A DNA stretch of 64,000 nucleotides, taken from contig QPMI01000054.1 in the NCBI GenBank assembly GCA_004431415.1, positions 62,001 to 126,000 on the forward strand, read 5' to 3'. A program made the translations under genes and the position numbers. The notes below the pieces were generated by a model. That model saw nothing but the letters and a program-made list of their open reading frames with translations, did no database searches and was not told where the DNA came from. Positions 50,092-64,000 of the stretch are shown here, in pieces. The stretch comes from Cyanophora paradoxa CCMP329. Taxonomy: Eukaryota > Plantae > Glaucophyta. Within the stretch, counting starts at the first letter, position 1, and each line of letters opens with the position of its first letter.

Positions 50092-51501
50092 TCATGCCCA
50101 ACTGTGATCCTGGAGGGGTATGACGAGGGACGCGTCGCCGTCCTGGGGAGACGGAAGGGGAAGAGAGGGGGGGAGAGGGGGGGAGGACAGGGAGTCAGCA
50201 GGGTGGGGCTACGTATAATTCGGGAAGATACAAGGGGGTACGCGAACCGCCAGCGACACGGCGGGGAGGTCGGCGTGGTCCACGTGCGCGCCGTGCGCGT
50301 CGAGCTCGTCCGCAAATGCCGTACCCGGCTCCCCCTCGTCCGCAGCGCTGTACGCCGTGTACCCCTCCGCTTCGGCGTCCTACGGGGGGCGGGGCGTTGG
50401 CCACGTCTCAAAGGGAGCGGGGTAGGTGGTCGGGTGGGGGGGCGGGGGGAGAGATGGGGGGTAGGGGGTGGGCGTGGGGGAGCTAGGGGGTACGGACCGC
50501 GAAGGGGTGCTCGTGGGGCGCCGCGCTGGGCCCGTCGAGGTACGCGTCGTCGCCGTACTTCTCCGCTATGAGCTGCGCCCGCTCGTCCAGGTGGCTGCTG
50601 CCGCCCGCGTCGCCGTTCCCGTCCTCGCCGCCGCCGCCGTCCTGCGCGCCGTCCGGTCGGCCAAGGGCGGCCCCGAGCGGCGCCGGAGCGGGGGGGGGGG
50701 GGGGGGGGGGGGGGGGCGCACGGCGCCCTGCGCCTGGTCCGGGTCGCCCTGCGCCTGGCTCGGGTCCTGCTGGTCCTCCTGCCACGCGCCCACTCGTCAG
50801 CGCCCGCGCGGCGCGCCGGCCGAGGCGGGCGGGCGCACGTCTGTTCCCTGCCCGCCGAACTTGCCGCCCTTCATCTTGCCGCCCTTCTTGCCGACCTTCA
50901 GCTTGCCCTTGGAGCCCTTCGTGCCAGGCTTCTTGCCCTTGGTGCCCTTCTTGCCAGGCTTCTTGCCCTTGCTGCCCTTCTTGGCGCCTTTCTTCCCACC
51001 CTTCTTGCCCAGCTGTTTGCCGCCCTTGCCCTTCTTGGCCAGCGCCTTGCCCTTGCCGCCCTTCTTGCCGCTCTTGAACTTCTTGCCGCCCTTGCCCTTC
51101 TTGCCGCCCTTGCCCTTCTTGGCCAGCGCCTTGCCCTTGCCGCCCTTCTTGCCGCTCTTGAACTTCTTGCCGCCCTTGCCGCGCTTGCCCAGCGCCTTGC
51201 GGCCGGCCTGTCGCGCGGGTGTGCACTTGTTCTTCGAGAGGGCTTGGAACAGGGCGCGCTCGCGCTGCGTCAGGTCCGGATCGTCGGGCACGCCGACCGC
51301 GCCGCTGCCGCCGTCGCCCGCGTCGTCCGGCTGGTCGTCTCCGTCGCCGCGGCCGCCGTGCTTGCCGAACCCCTGCTTCCCACCGCGCCCGCCTTTGCTT
51401 TTGACGCCCTTGCTGCCCTTACTGGAGCCGCCCTTCTTGCGCACGCCGCCGGTCCGCTTCCCCACGCCGCCGCGCGGTCTGCCTCCGCCGGACCGCGGCA
51501 T
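50092..51501 (-). CDS. Cluster gene A: Lys/Gly-rich basic repeat protein with acidic C-terminal tail
   Basis: MPRSGGGRPRGG...(KKGGKGKALAKK, KKFKSGKK, KGKKPG) spliced to EDQQDPSQAQGD...KYGDDAYLD...DAEAEGYTAYSAADEGE...DGDASLVIPLQDHSWA*. Confidence 0.75.
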
Positions 51502-51529
51502 CTCTGCAGAACAATGGCTTTAAGCCACC

Positions 51530-51819
51530 GAGATGAGCGATGTGCTGAGTCGTCAGGCTTCCACGCACCGGGCGGGCCGAGGGCGGCTTCTCCTCACGGC
51601 GGCGGTGCGCTCAACTCGGCTGGGCCGGTAGGCTCCCGGTGGATCGGGCGAGCACTCCTACGGCTCACTCGGAACCGAGGCCGGCACGATGAGCGACTCG
51701 CAAGTCTACCCCGGGTCGCTCACCAGAGGGGGGGCGAGAAGGGGGGTGCCGCTGCACTTTGCTTGGTGAAGTCGTTCAGTAGCTCGCCGGCTTCAGCTCG
51801 CTTCTTCGGACTCAGCTGG
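51530..51819. promoter_or_regulatory. Duplicated ~290-bp spacer between divergent genes A and B (copy 1)
   Basis: Homologous to 54491-54781; lies between oppositely oriented start codons. Regulatory role is inferred from position. Confidence 0.55.
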
Positions 51820-52139
51820 ACTCGGCGCCTGCGCTCTTTCAAGTTTGCTCCAGCCGCTGTCCTCGCCGCAATCGGGATTGGCGCTGTCACTTGGAGCTAG
51901 CGCTTCTAGCTTCGCAATTCGAGAACCTTCGATCCGAGACTCGCGGCTGCGCGGGTGCGCTAGATAGCCTTTGAATCCAAAGCGCTAGCTCACTGATAAA
52001 CTGTATGCGGGGCGCTAGCATTCGATTCTCTTTAATTTTTCAACCTTTTAAATTTTCATGCTGCAGCTGATCAACGTGCCACGGTGCAGGAGCCGCAGGG
52101 GCTGCGTCGACGTCGGCCGGACGCAGACTCCGCGATCGG

Positions 52140-52792
52140 ATGGAGAAGGAAAAAGATAAAGGGAAGGATAAGGACAAAGATGGGGCGAGGTTCGACTGCA
52201 CGCCGACAGAGGTACGCTTCGCTTGAGGTTTGCCTTAGGCGCCAGGATGTTCCAAAATCTCGTGCTGCGGCCATGCCAACGACCCACCCCCAACAGCTTG
52301 TACGGTTCACGGAGCCGAACGGCGCCGGTTCGCCCCCCGGCCCCCCGGGCCCGCTCCCCGCTGCGAAGCTCGACCTCGATATTGATGCTCGAGCCAAAAC
52401 GAGGCTCGAGCTTCGACTTGGCGAGCTCTGACGTCGCCGCGGCGCGCAGCGAAGTGCCGAACTGCGAAGAAGGAGGCGGCGTGCAGGACCGACCCGAACA
52501 GCGGCGCCTGCGCTATCCTGCACGTGGACGCCGCCGCCCAGCGCGTGTACGAGTACGCCTTCGACGAGGGCGAGGGCGCCGCCCTCGACGCCGGCGACGA
52601 CGGCTCCGCCCTCGACGGGCCCGGCGAGGTGCCCCCCTGGCCTGCCGCTCGGCCCCCGCCCCCAGGCCCCTCACCCCGCGGCAGGCGGATGCAGAGGGGT
52701 ACGCGGAGGGCGGGGCGGGGCCGTTCGGCGGGGCGGCGGCGGCGCTCCTCTTCCTCCACGACGCCCCCGCCGGCCTCGAGCAGCTCCTCTAG
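52140..52792 (+). CDS. Cluster gene B: small 4-Cys domain plus acidic tail ending EQLL
   Basis: MEKEKDKGKDKDKDGARFDCTPTE|LVRFTEPN|AKCRTAKKEAACRTDPNSGAC...YEYAFDEGEG...|...GPFGGAAAALLFLHDAPAGLEQLL*; paralogous to the C-terminus of gene E. Confidence 0.75.
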
Positions 52793-53082
52793 CCCCGCCC
52801 GCCCCTGGGGATCCTGGGGGGCCCATGGCCAGCACCATGGCAGGTCCGCCATGCACCAGGCCATAGCCTGAAATGTTTAGCGTCAGAATAGTGTGCTCCA
52901 CTCTAAGTTCTAGAAGGTAATTCGCTCTAGATGAGGTGTTTTAGCGGTATGCAACGTATGAATGTCCAGCCGCTGAGCCTCTTGAATCAAGCATGATATT
53001 GATCAGGAAACAAGCATTCTAAGAGCCCAGCAGCGAGGGGAGGAGGGGGGGGGGGAGGGGCGGGGGCGGAGGGCGGAGGGGG

Positions 53083-54400
53083 TCACAGGAGGTGGTCCAG
53101 GTGGAGGGCCCCGAACGCGGCGGCTACCCCCCCGTCGGCTTCCGCGTACCCGTCCCCCAGGGACGCCGGCTGCGCCCCGGGCGCGTCCAGGTCCTGCGCC
53201 CCCCGGAGCCCGTCGGCCGGGGAGGGGTTCGGGGTCGGGGCCGGGGGTACGGCGCACCGGGATCGCGAGGTCGCCGGCCGCGGCGTCTGCGGCCTCGTCG
53301 ACGACGAACGCGTACGAATCCAAAATGCTGGACACCCCTTGGTCTCCGCCGCTGTCGTCCCCCTCGCCGCCGCCGCCGCTGTCACTGCCGCCGCCGCTGC
53401 CGCTGTCGTCCCCCCCGCCGCCGCCGCCGCCGCCGCCGGCCATGTCGGGGCACAGGGCCGGCTCGGCCCCCCTGTGCTCCGTGACGCGCCCGTTCGTGCA
53501 CTTCAGGTTCCGGTCCGCCTGCCGCGGCCCTCAGCGCGGGGGCGCCCGCGGAGGGGCTGGGGGGGGGGGTGCCTGGATCGCGAAGTGGAACTTCTCCCCG
53601 TCGAGCTCTCCGCAGCACGCCATCGCTTTCTGCGCGGCGGGCGCTCTGTACCCCCTGCCGCTCCACCCCCCAACCCGGCCCGCCGCACCTCGCGCCAGGC
53701 GGGTACCATGCTTCCGTTCTGGTTGTTGCTGCGCGCGGCTCCTCAGCGCGGCGGGCGGCAGGTGGCGGGAGGGGGTGCGGGTCTTCGCGGGAGGGGGGTA
53801 CCTGTAGGGGAAGACGATGTCGTTCTTGACCATGACTTCCTTCCCGCCGATCGTCGCGTTCGCCAGGATCTGGGGCCGGGCCGCGTCGCCGATCGGGGGG
53901 AGACGGGGGGGGGGGGGGGGGAGTCAAGCTGCGCACGGGTACGGGGGTCTTTTCGGGGTTAATGCAAATGTAGTTCTTGTCCGCGAGGATCTCTGCGCGG
54001 GTCCTGTCGGCGGCGCACGGCGGCGGCTTTCGATTGAAGGGGCGCGGGCGGGAGCGCACTCCGTGTCACGGCGGCGACGGCGCGAGCGATGTGGGCAGGG
54101 TACACCTTCTCCGTCATGCGCTGTGGGCCGGCGATGGTCAGCGGGCGGGCGGCGGCTTAGGCTGCGGGCACGGGGGCGGCTCGGGCTGCGGGCACGGGGG
54201 CGGCTCGCCTGGTCGAAACACGCGGAACTCAAAGTGGTGGGCATCGACTTTGAGCAGTTTTCTCTCTGCAACGGGCTTTGCATGAGTGGCAGCGCTTCCG
54301 AAGTTTGCGGAGCGCAAAGCGGCCGCACCGAGCCTCGGCCGCGGCTGCCCTGCTGCTCATCCGTTCCATCGCCGCCCTGAGCTTGCTCCTCGTCGCCCAT
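53083..54400 (-). CDS. Cluster gene C: 6-Cys domain protein plus acidic tail ending DHLL
   Basis: Spliced ENCSKS...ACFDQ...YP...C...PVP|ILANAT...AWRE|KAMACC...KFHFAIQ|...KCTNG...LDSYAFVVDE...LHLDHLL*; shares intron positions with D and F. Confidence 0.8.
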
Positions 54401-54490
54401 GTCTCCGCCCAAGCCGGCGCCGCCGCTGACACCGCCGCGCAGCCTGCCTTGGCCGAGCTATCTCTGCTACAACGGACGTAATCCAGATGA

Positions 54491-54781
54491 GAGATGAGCG
54501 AGAAAGAAACATGGCGTCCGACTTCCACGCACCCGGCGGGGCAAGAACGGCTCCTCCTCACGGCGGCGGTGCGTTCAACTCGGCTGGCCCAGTCGGCGCC
54601 CCGTGGATCGAGCGAGCACTCCCACGCCTCACTTGGAACCGAGACCGGCACGACGAGCACTCCTTGTCTACCCCGGGTCGCTCACCAGAGGGGGGGCGAG
54701 AAGGGGGGTACCGCTGCGGTTTGCTTGGTGAAGTCGCTCAGCAGGTCGTCGGCTTCACCTCGCTTCTTCGGCCGCAGCTGG
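54491..54781. promoter_or_regulatory. Duplicated ~290-bp spacer between divergent genes C and D (copy 2)
   Basis: Homologous to 51530-51819, same orientation. Confidence 0.55.
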
Positions 54782-54894
54782 GCTTTTAGGGTGCGCGGGA
54801 AGGCCCCGACGCTCTCTAGCCGCTGTCCTTGCCGCGCTCCGGCGGGTTGTGGTCGCTGATGCAGGTGGCAGTTCCGGGCCAACTTCTGGCCGCC

Positions 54895-55995
54895 ATGTCG
54901 AAGCCGGATCTTCTTGCGGGGATTCCCGTGCCTCCTATCAAAAACTGCACGCAGAGTGGGGAACTGCCGAAGCCTAAGGCATCCGTATGCCTTGATCAAA
55001 CGTACCTCAAGGAGAATTACCCGGCGAAGCCATATGGCACCTTCGACATCGGAAGGAGTGCGTTGCAGACCAAGCGACTCGCCCCTGGCCTCCGCCAGGC
55101 GCGGGGTGTGTTCGGAGGCAGTCGCTGATGAAGCTGCCCGCAGTGATTGCGGACATGCACAACAAGGAGTGCACGCAGGGCAGTTGGTCTTTCAAGGTCC
55201 CGGTTCCGGTGCGCCGGAGGCCGGAGCCGCGTGGCGCTGGGTTGCGGCCGTCGCGCTGAGGCCGCTCGGCCCGCGCAGATCCTGGCGAACGCAACGTATA
55301 AGGGAGACGAAGTCACCGCGTCGAAGCCCGAGAACCCGAGCGAGCCGAGCATCGTGACAAAGGTCGACAGGGGCGCCGCGAATGGCCTCAAGGCGTGGCG
55401 GGAGGTGCGCGGCTCTCCTCCCGCCAGCGGCCGCCGCGTGCCGACGCGCGCGTCCTGCGCAGAAGGAGGTGGCGTGCTGCAACCCGAAGAAGTTTCACTA
55501 CGCCATCCAGGTCCGCGGCTCCGCCCCGCACGCTCCGCGGCAGTCGCCCTCCCCGCACGCGCCCCATCCGCCGCCGCTGCCGCCCTCACTCCGCGCGCAC
55601 GCGCGGGGCGCAGGACTCGCGAGGTGACGTGAGGTGCACGAACGGCAAAACGACCAAGCAGACGAAAACGTGGCTGGCGGTCGACAAGGGCCAGGCCCCG
55701 AAGGGCACGATCGCGGCGATCAAGGCGAAGATGGGGCTGAAGCACGTGGAGTCGTACTCGGCGCACGTGAGCGAGGCGGCCTTCGTCGACGAGGGCGACT
55801 TCGCCGCCGACGCCGTGCGCCGCCCCCGCGCCCCGCCCCGCCCCGCCCCGCCCCGCCGGGGGCGCCCCCTCACCGGATGCGCAGGGGGCCCTGGAGGGGG
55901 ACGCCGCGCAGGACGGGGCGGGGGCCGACGAGTCGGCCGCCGACGCCCCCGACGCCGCCCTCGCCGCCTTCGACTCCTCCGAGCACCTCCTCTAG
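54895..55995 (+). CDS. Cluster gene D: 6-Cys domain protein plus acidic tail ending EHLL
   Basis: MSKPDLLAG...KNCTQ...VCLDQTYLKENYPAKPYGTFDIGR|...CTQGSWSFKVPVP|ILANAT...AWRE|KEVACCNPKKFHYAIQ|...CTNG...KHVESYSAHVSEAAFVDE...FDSSEHLL*. Confidence 0.85.
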
Positions 55996-56138
55996 GGCCC
56001 AGGCCCCCGGGCCCCGGCCCCGCCACGCTCCACTCGGCCCGTCGGCTCTGTAGAACTGCGAGTCTGGCGCGTGTAATGTATGTCATCGTAGCTTCGCCAT
56101 CTCGCCGCGGCGCCGCGGCGCCACAGCTGGGAACTCCG
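55725..56138 (+). repeat. Left arm of ~414-bp inverted repeat (3' end of gene D)
   Basis: Near-identical reverse complement at 58996-59409, covering tail exons, an intron and the 3' flank. Confidence 0.92.
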
Positions 56139-56722
56139 CGCCGGGGATCCTGAACCAGGCTGTAGCTTGCGTGGGGTTCAGGAGGCCCTAGGGCTGCGGG
56201 CGCGGCTGCCGCTGCAGGCCATGCCGGCCCATGCAATCGAAACGCTAGCCCCGGCACCGTTGACGCCACCCGGCGGCGCCGACGTCGTCGCGTACGCCGG
56301 CGCCGGCGCCGGGCGATACGGCGGCGCGCGGCGGCCCACACATAAAAGCCACGCCTTCAGCTTCGACGCGGACGATGAAAACTCATGCATGCGCATATAT
56401 ATCATGATCATGAGCGACGAAGCGGCCTTCACCAGGGGGCTCCCGCGAGGCGTACCCCTCCCATCTTCATCAGCCTGACAGCTTCTGCGAAGCTCAGCGT
56501 CTTCCTTTGCCGACTCTCTGGATTTCGCCATCTCTGCGGGACTGCTTGACCGCGGTTGGTGTCTGTCGGCCGGCCGCGGGGAGCAGTGCCCTCAAAGACC
56601 GACCACGCCGGTGCGCCGACCCGGCGCACGTGCCAAGTCGGCGCACGACCCGAATCGATGAAGCTGATGAATTCCGTGCAGGCGCGGGGCTCCGCCCGTA
56701 GGAGGCCGGCGAGGTCGGTTGG

Positions 56723-58599
56723 ATGGGTGCGCTGTTGTCGCTCGCGCGCGCCGCGGACGACCTCCGCTTTGAATGACGCCTGCGCAGACGGGGATCCACA
56801 GGATGGCGGGGCGGAGGACCCGCAGCAGCAGGACGGCGGAGACCCGCAGCAGCAGGACGGTGGAGACCCGCAGCAGCAGGACGCGAGCGGCACGGACGGG
56901 CAAGAGCAGCAGGGCGGCGCCGACGGCGGACAGCAGGAAGCAGCCGCGTCCGGCGGCGAACAGCAGATGAACAGCGAGGGCGCGCAGCCCGATTCCGGGG
57001 ACCAGCAGATGCCGCCCGAATCGAACCCCGACTCGGAAGCTGGCGGCTCGCCCGGCGGTGAGCAAGCTGGCGAGGACGGCGGCCAGCAAGCTGGCGAGGA
57101 CGGCGGCCAGCAAAGTGGCGAGGACGGCGGCGAAGCACCGCGGCAACAGGAGCGTGGCGGCCGCGGCGGCAAGGCTGGCAAGGGCGGCCGCGGCGGCAAG
57201 GGCGCGAAAGGCGCCAAGGGCAGCCGCGGCAGCAAGGGCAAGGCGCTTGCGAAGAAGGGCAAGGGCGGCAACAAGTTCAAGAGCGGCAAGAAGGGCGGCA
57301 AGGGCAAGGCGCTGGCCAAGAAGGGCGGCAAGGGCAAGGCGCTGGCCAAGAAGGGCGGCAAGGGCAAGGCGCTGGCCAAGAAGGGCGGCAAGGGCAAGGC
57401 GCTGGCCAAGAAGGGCGGCAAGGGCAAGGCGCTGGCCAAGAAGGGCGGCAAGGGCAAGGCGCTGGCCAAGAAGGGCGGCAAGGGCAAGGCGCTGGCCAAG
57501 AAGGGCGGCAAGGGCAAGGCGCTGGCCAAGAAGGGCGGCAAGGGCAAGGCGCTGGCCAAGAAGGGCGGCAAGGGCAAGGCGCTGGCCAAGAAGGGCGGCA
57601 AGGGCAAGGCGCTGGCCAAGAAGGGCGGCAAGGGCAAGGCGCTGGCCAAGAAGGGCGGCAAGGGCAAGAAGCCTGTCAAGAAGAGCGGCAAGGGCAAGAA
57701 GCCTGTCAAGAAGGGCACCAAGGGCAAGAAGCCTGTCAAGAAGGGCACCAAGGGCAAGAAGCCTGTCAAGAAGGGCACCAAGGGCAAGAAGCCTGTGAAG
57801 AAGACCATCCAGAAGCCTGGCAAGAAGGGCGTCAAGCAAGGCAAGCAGGGCAAGCAGGGCAAGCAGAAGATGGCTGCCCCCGACAAGCACGCCATGCCCG
57901 ACGACCAGGTGCGCGCCGGCGTGGCGAGGGCGGGGGTACCCTTGAGGGAGCGTTGCGGAGCCGCTGACGGGCCCCCGGCAGGTCGAGAAGGACGGACCCG
58001 TTCTGCAGCCGGGCCCCGTCGACCAGGTCCGCCCCCCGCCCCCCCCCCCCCCCCCCCGCCCCGCACCGCCCCGCACGCCGGGGCTGACCTCGCGCCGCGC
58101 AGTCCGACCTGGGAGACCCGGCCTTCCACTGCACCATGGACGAGCTGCTTCGGTACGGCACGGGGAACGCCGGTGCGCCCGTCCCCCGCACCCGAGCTCC
58201 GGCCGCGCGACGCCGGCCGACGCGCGCTCGCGCGCCCCCCGCAGCAAAATGCGTGGCGGACAAGCAGAAGATGATGTGCGACCCGAGCATGGGGACCGTG
58301 CCCGAGGCCTGCGCCCAGGCGCAGGCGCCGGCTCCGGCGGAGCGGCTGGACGCGTACATGCAGTACGCCTTCGACGGGGACGAGGGCGCCGCCTTCGACG
58401 CCGCCGCAGACGACGGCTCCGCCCTCGACGGGGCCGCCCAGGTGCCCCCCGCCCCTCGGCTCCCGCCGCCAGGCCCCTCACCCCGCGGCAGGGGGAGGGC
58501 GAGGGGTACGCGGAGGGCGGGGCGGGGCCGTTCGGCGGCGCGGCGGCGGCGCTCCTCTTCCTCCACGACGCCCCCGCCGGCCTCGAGCAGCTCCTCTAG
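56723..58599 (+). CDS. Cluster gene E: acidic Q/D/G block, (KGKALAKKGG)n basic block, 4-Cys domain, acidic tail ending EQLL
   Basis: M|DGDPQDGGAEDPQQQ...; K/G repeats; ...FHCTMDELLRYGTGNA|AKCVADKQKMMCDP...AC...LDAYMQYAFDGDEG...LLFLHDAPAGLEQLL*. Start inferred. Confidence 0.8.
57301..57803 (+). repeat. 30-nt coding minisatellite: 12 perfect copies (KGKALAKKGG) then 5 variant copies (KGKKPVKKGT/SG)
   Basis: agggcaaggcgctggccaagaagggcggca x12 at 57301-57660, then agggcaagaagcctgtcaagaagggcacca-type units. Confidence 0.98.
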
Positions 58600-58995
58600 C
58601 CCCGCCCGCCCCGCGGGAGCTCGTGCGGGGTACGCGCACACGTTGCGGCATCGCCTCTCTCAACGCCCCCACTGGGCCACTTCAGTCTTTTTTGTAGTCC
58701 CACCGTATGCATGGCGGCTCCCTCTGCAGTGCTTGTGCAGTCAACTCATCAGTGGCATTCGCTTTCTCGCCGAGTGGGTCCGACGGGCGCCTCCACTTCG
58801 CCTGATTCCCCCTCCCATCCCCGCCCCCCGGGCCGACGCGGACACTCGGGCGCGCCGGGCGCGGGCATGGCCCCCCGGGCTGGCACGGCAGCGGAGCTCG
58901 CGACTCGTACTTCTAGTTCGCCGAGTCGGCCTCTGGGCCTGGGCCCCCGCCTAAAGCCAGACCAGGACGACCAGCTCCCGCCCTCCGAGACTTCC

Positions 58996-59409
58996 CGGAG
59001 TTCCCAGCTGTGGCGCCGCGGCGCCGCGCCGAGATGGCGAAGCTACGATGGCATACATTACACGCGCCAGACTCGCAGTTCTACAGGGCCGACGGGCCGA
59101 GTGGAGCGTGGCGGGGCCGGGGCCCGGGGGCCTGGGCCCTAGAGGAGGTGCTCGGAGGAGTCGAAGGCGGCGAGGGCGGCGTCGGGGGCGTCGGCGGCCG
59201 ACTCGTCGGCCCCCGCCCCGTCCTGCGCGGCGTCCCCCTCCAGGGCCCCCTGCGCATCCGGTGAGGGGGCGCCCCCGGCGGGGCGGGGCGGGGCGGGGCG
59301 GGGCGCGGGGGCGGCGCACGGCGTCGGCGGCGAAGTCGCCCTCGTCGACGAAGGCCGCCTCGCTCACGTGCGCCGAGTACGACTCCACGTGCTTCAGCCC
59401 CATCTTCGC
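58996..59409 (-). repeat. Right arm of inverted repeat (3' end of gene F)
   Basis: Reverse complement of 55725-56138 with few substitutions. Confidence 0.92.
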
Positions 59410-60304
59410 GATCCGCTCCCTGATCCCCTTGCTGGCCTTCATGGGGCCCGCGCGCTTCGGGGCCGCGGCGGCGCCGCCCTCGCCCTCCACTTGGATGCCC
59501 AGAAACGCGTTCTGGTCGTCCTGCTCCGCGCCGTTCGAGCATTTGATGTCGCCGCGCTCGTTCTGCGCCCCGCGCGCGTGGCGCGGTGAGCGGGGCAGCG
59601 GGGGCGTGGCGGGGCGGGGCGGGGCGGGGCGGGGCGGAGCCGCGGACCTGGATGGCGTAGAAGTACTTCTTCGGGTTGCAGCACGCCACGACGGACTGTG
59701 ACGGGCGCCCCGCGCGGCGCACGCGTCGGCGGCGGGCGGGCGGCCGGCGGCGGGGGCGGGCCGGGGCTGCGCACGTCGCGCCACGCGGAGAGGCCGAGCT
59801 TGTCGCCGGGCTCCGCCTTCACGAGGACTTTGCCCACCTTTTTGACCTCCACCTTATTGACGGTCGCGTTCGCTAGCACCTGCGCGGGTCCGGTCGCACG
59901 GCCGCGGCGGCGGGCTTCGGGGCCACACGGCTCCCGCCCAGGGCGCACCGGAACGGGGACCTTGTACGACCACTTGCCCTGGGCGCACTTGAGCCCGTTT
60001 TTCTCGGCGATGACTGCGCGACAGCGGGCATCAGTCCGAGTCTCCGAACACACCCGGCGGCAGGTGCGCCCGCCGCCGGGCCGCCGGGCGGCCAGCGGCG
60101 AATCGTTCGGTCTGGAGGGCGAAACGCACTCCTGCCGAGGTCGTAGGTGCCGAAAGGGAGAGCCGGGTACTTTTTGAGCGTGAAACTCTGATCCAGGCAC
60201 ATGTCCTTAACTGGCACTGGCAAGACAAGGTTCGACCTATCGCAATCTTTATGATGTGCGTCGATGGGGATCTCCACAAGTTTCAAGAACGAGGGCGTGC
60301 TCAT
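59139..60304 (-). CDS. Cluster gene F: 6-Cys domain protein plus acidic tail ending EHLL
   Basis: MSTPSFLK...KDCDR...MCLDQSFTLKKYPALPFGTYDLGR|...CAQGKWSYKVPVP|VLANAT...AWRD|SVVACCNPKKYFYAIQ|...CSNG...; tail identical to D. Confidence 0.85.
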
Positions 60305-60883
60305 CGTGCCACGCTTGTCAGACGGTGAACTGCGAGCTGGCATCTCAGCGACCGCAGCGGCGAGAGATCAGCAAGAAAGCGACCCAGCACCTGGTAGTCG
60401 GCTGAACTTGACCAGGGAAGCACCGCAAAGACCGGCTTGTATCAGGAGCCCGGGTACGCGCGCAACTGAAACGCCTCTTCCCGAAACGAGCCTCCTTCGG
60501 AGCCGAACCATTGCTCCCGGATGTCGAAGCGCGGCGCGGACGAGGTCAGCGGTGGGCGGGAGGATGGGGCGAAGCGACAGAACACAGCGTCGTGCGTCGT
60601 TTTCTTGCCCCGTTCCTCGTTTCATGGGTCGGGGCCGTTCCGATGGGGCTCGGCTCGCCGCCCCCGGGCGCTCGTCCATCGCGGCGAGAGCGAAGCGCTG
60701 TGGGATACCTGAGGCAGTGCTGACGCCCTCCGCCTCTCGCAGCTCGCCGCACGGGGACGACCCGAAGGTCCGTGCGATCACAGCGCATCGCGAGCACGCG
60801 GGGTCTCGCGAGCGCGCCGAACGCGATCCTGTATATGTAAGCACCAGCTTACCCTGGGTGCGCGCTACGCGCAGCCGATAAAG

Positions 60884-64000
<3,117 letters not shown>

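Noticed and set aside
57301-57803. 30-nt repeats as a CRISPR array
   Set aside because: No unique spacers, in-frame coding repeat, eukaryotic context with no cas genes.
56429-58481. Long antisense ORFs (566 aa and 629 aa) with FLASALPLPP or LALAALLGQR repeats
   Set aside because: Shadow frames of the K/G repeat; splice signals and paralogy with genes A and B support the plus-strand frame. The same applies to 50468-51523.

Overview
Eukaryotic nuclear DNA: very GC-rich and gene-dense, with many 55-150 nt introns, so most ORF-track entries are exon fragments or shadow frames. Gene models were spliced by eye. Phe-containing N-terminal transit peptides without signal peptides (MPAF..., MFVS..., MAPGRPAAGF...) and a Tat-type lumenal protein point to a primary-plastid alga, probably a glaucophyte such as Cyanophora (inference). 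Gene order: DnaJ (partial), unknown TPR-like gene, F-box/LRR, SKA1, an eIF4B-like protein fused to an MA3 domain, SDR, SDE2, thylakoid lumen protein, a ~4 kb nest of MITEs, a ~15 kb receptor-like kinase (kelch, tandem Ig-like exons, kelch, SEA-like, TM, kinase), a secreted alpha/beta-hydrolase, an FAD monooxygenase, a six-gene cluster of unrecognised modular proteins, and PRP5/DDX46 (partial). The cluster proteins combine Cys-rich or Lys/Gly-repeat domains with a shared acidic tail, which ends [DE][HQ]LL in five of six. Main findings: this cluster, a majority of GC-AG introns with G[TC][GC]CG[CT] donors in PRP5, the eIF4B-MA3 fusion, the exon-amplifying receptor kinase, and 17-nt and 49-nt polyA-tailed retro-insertions.
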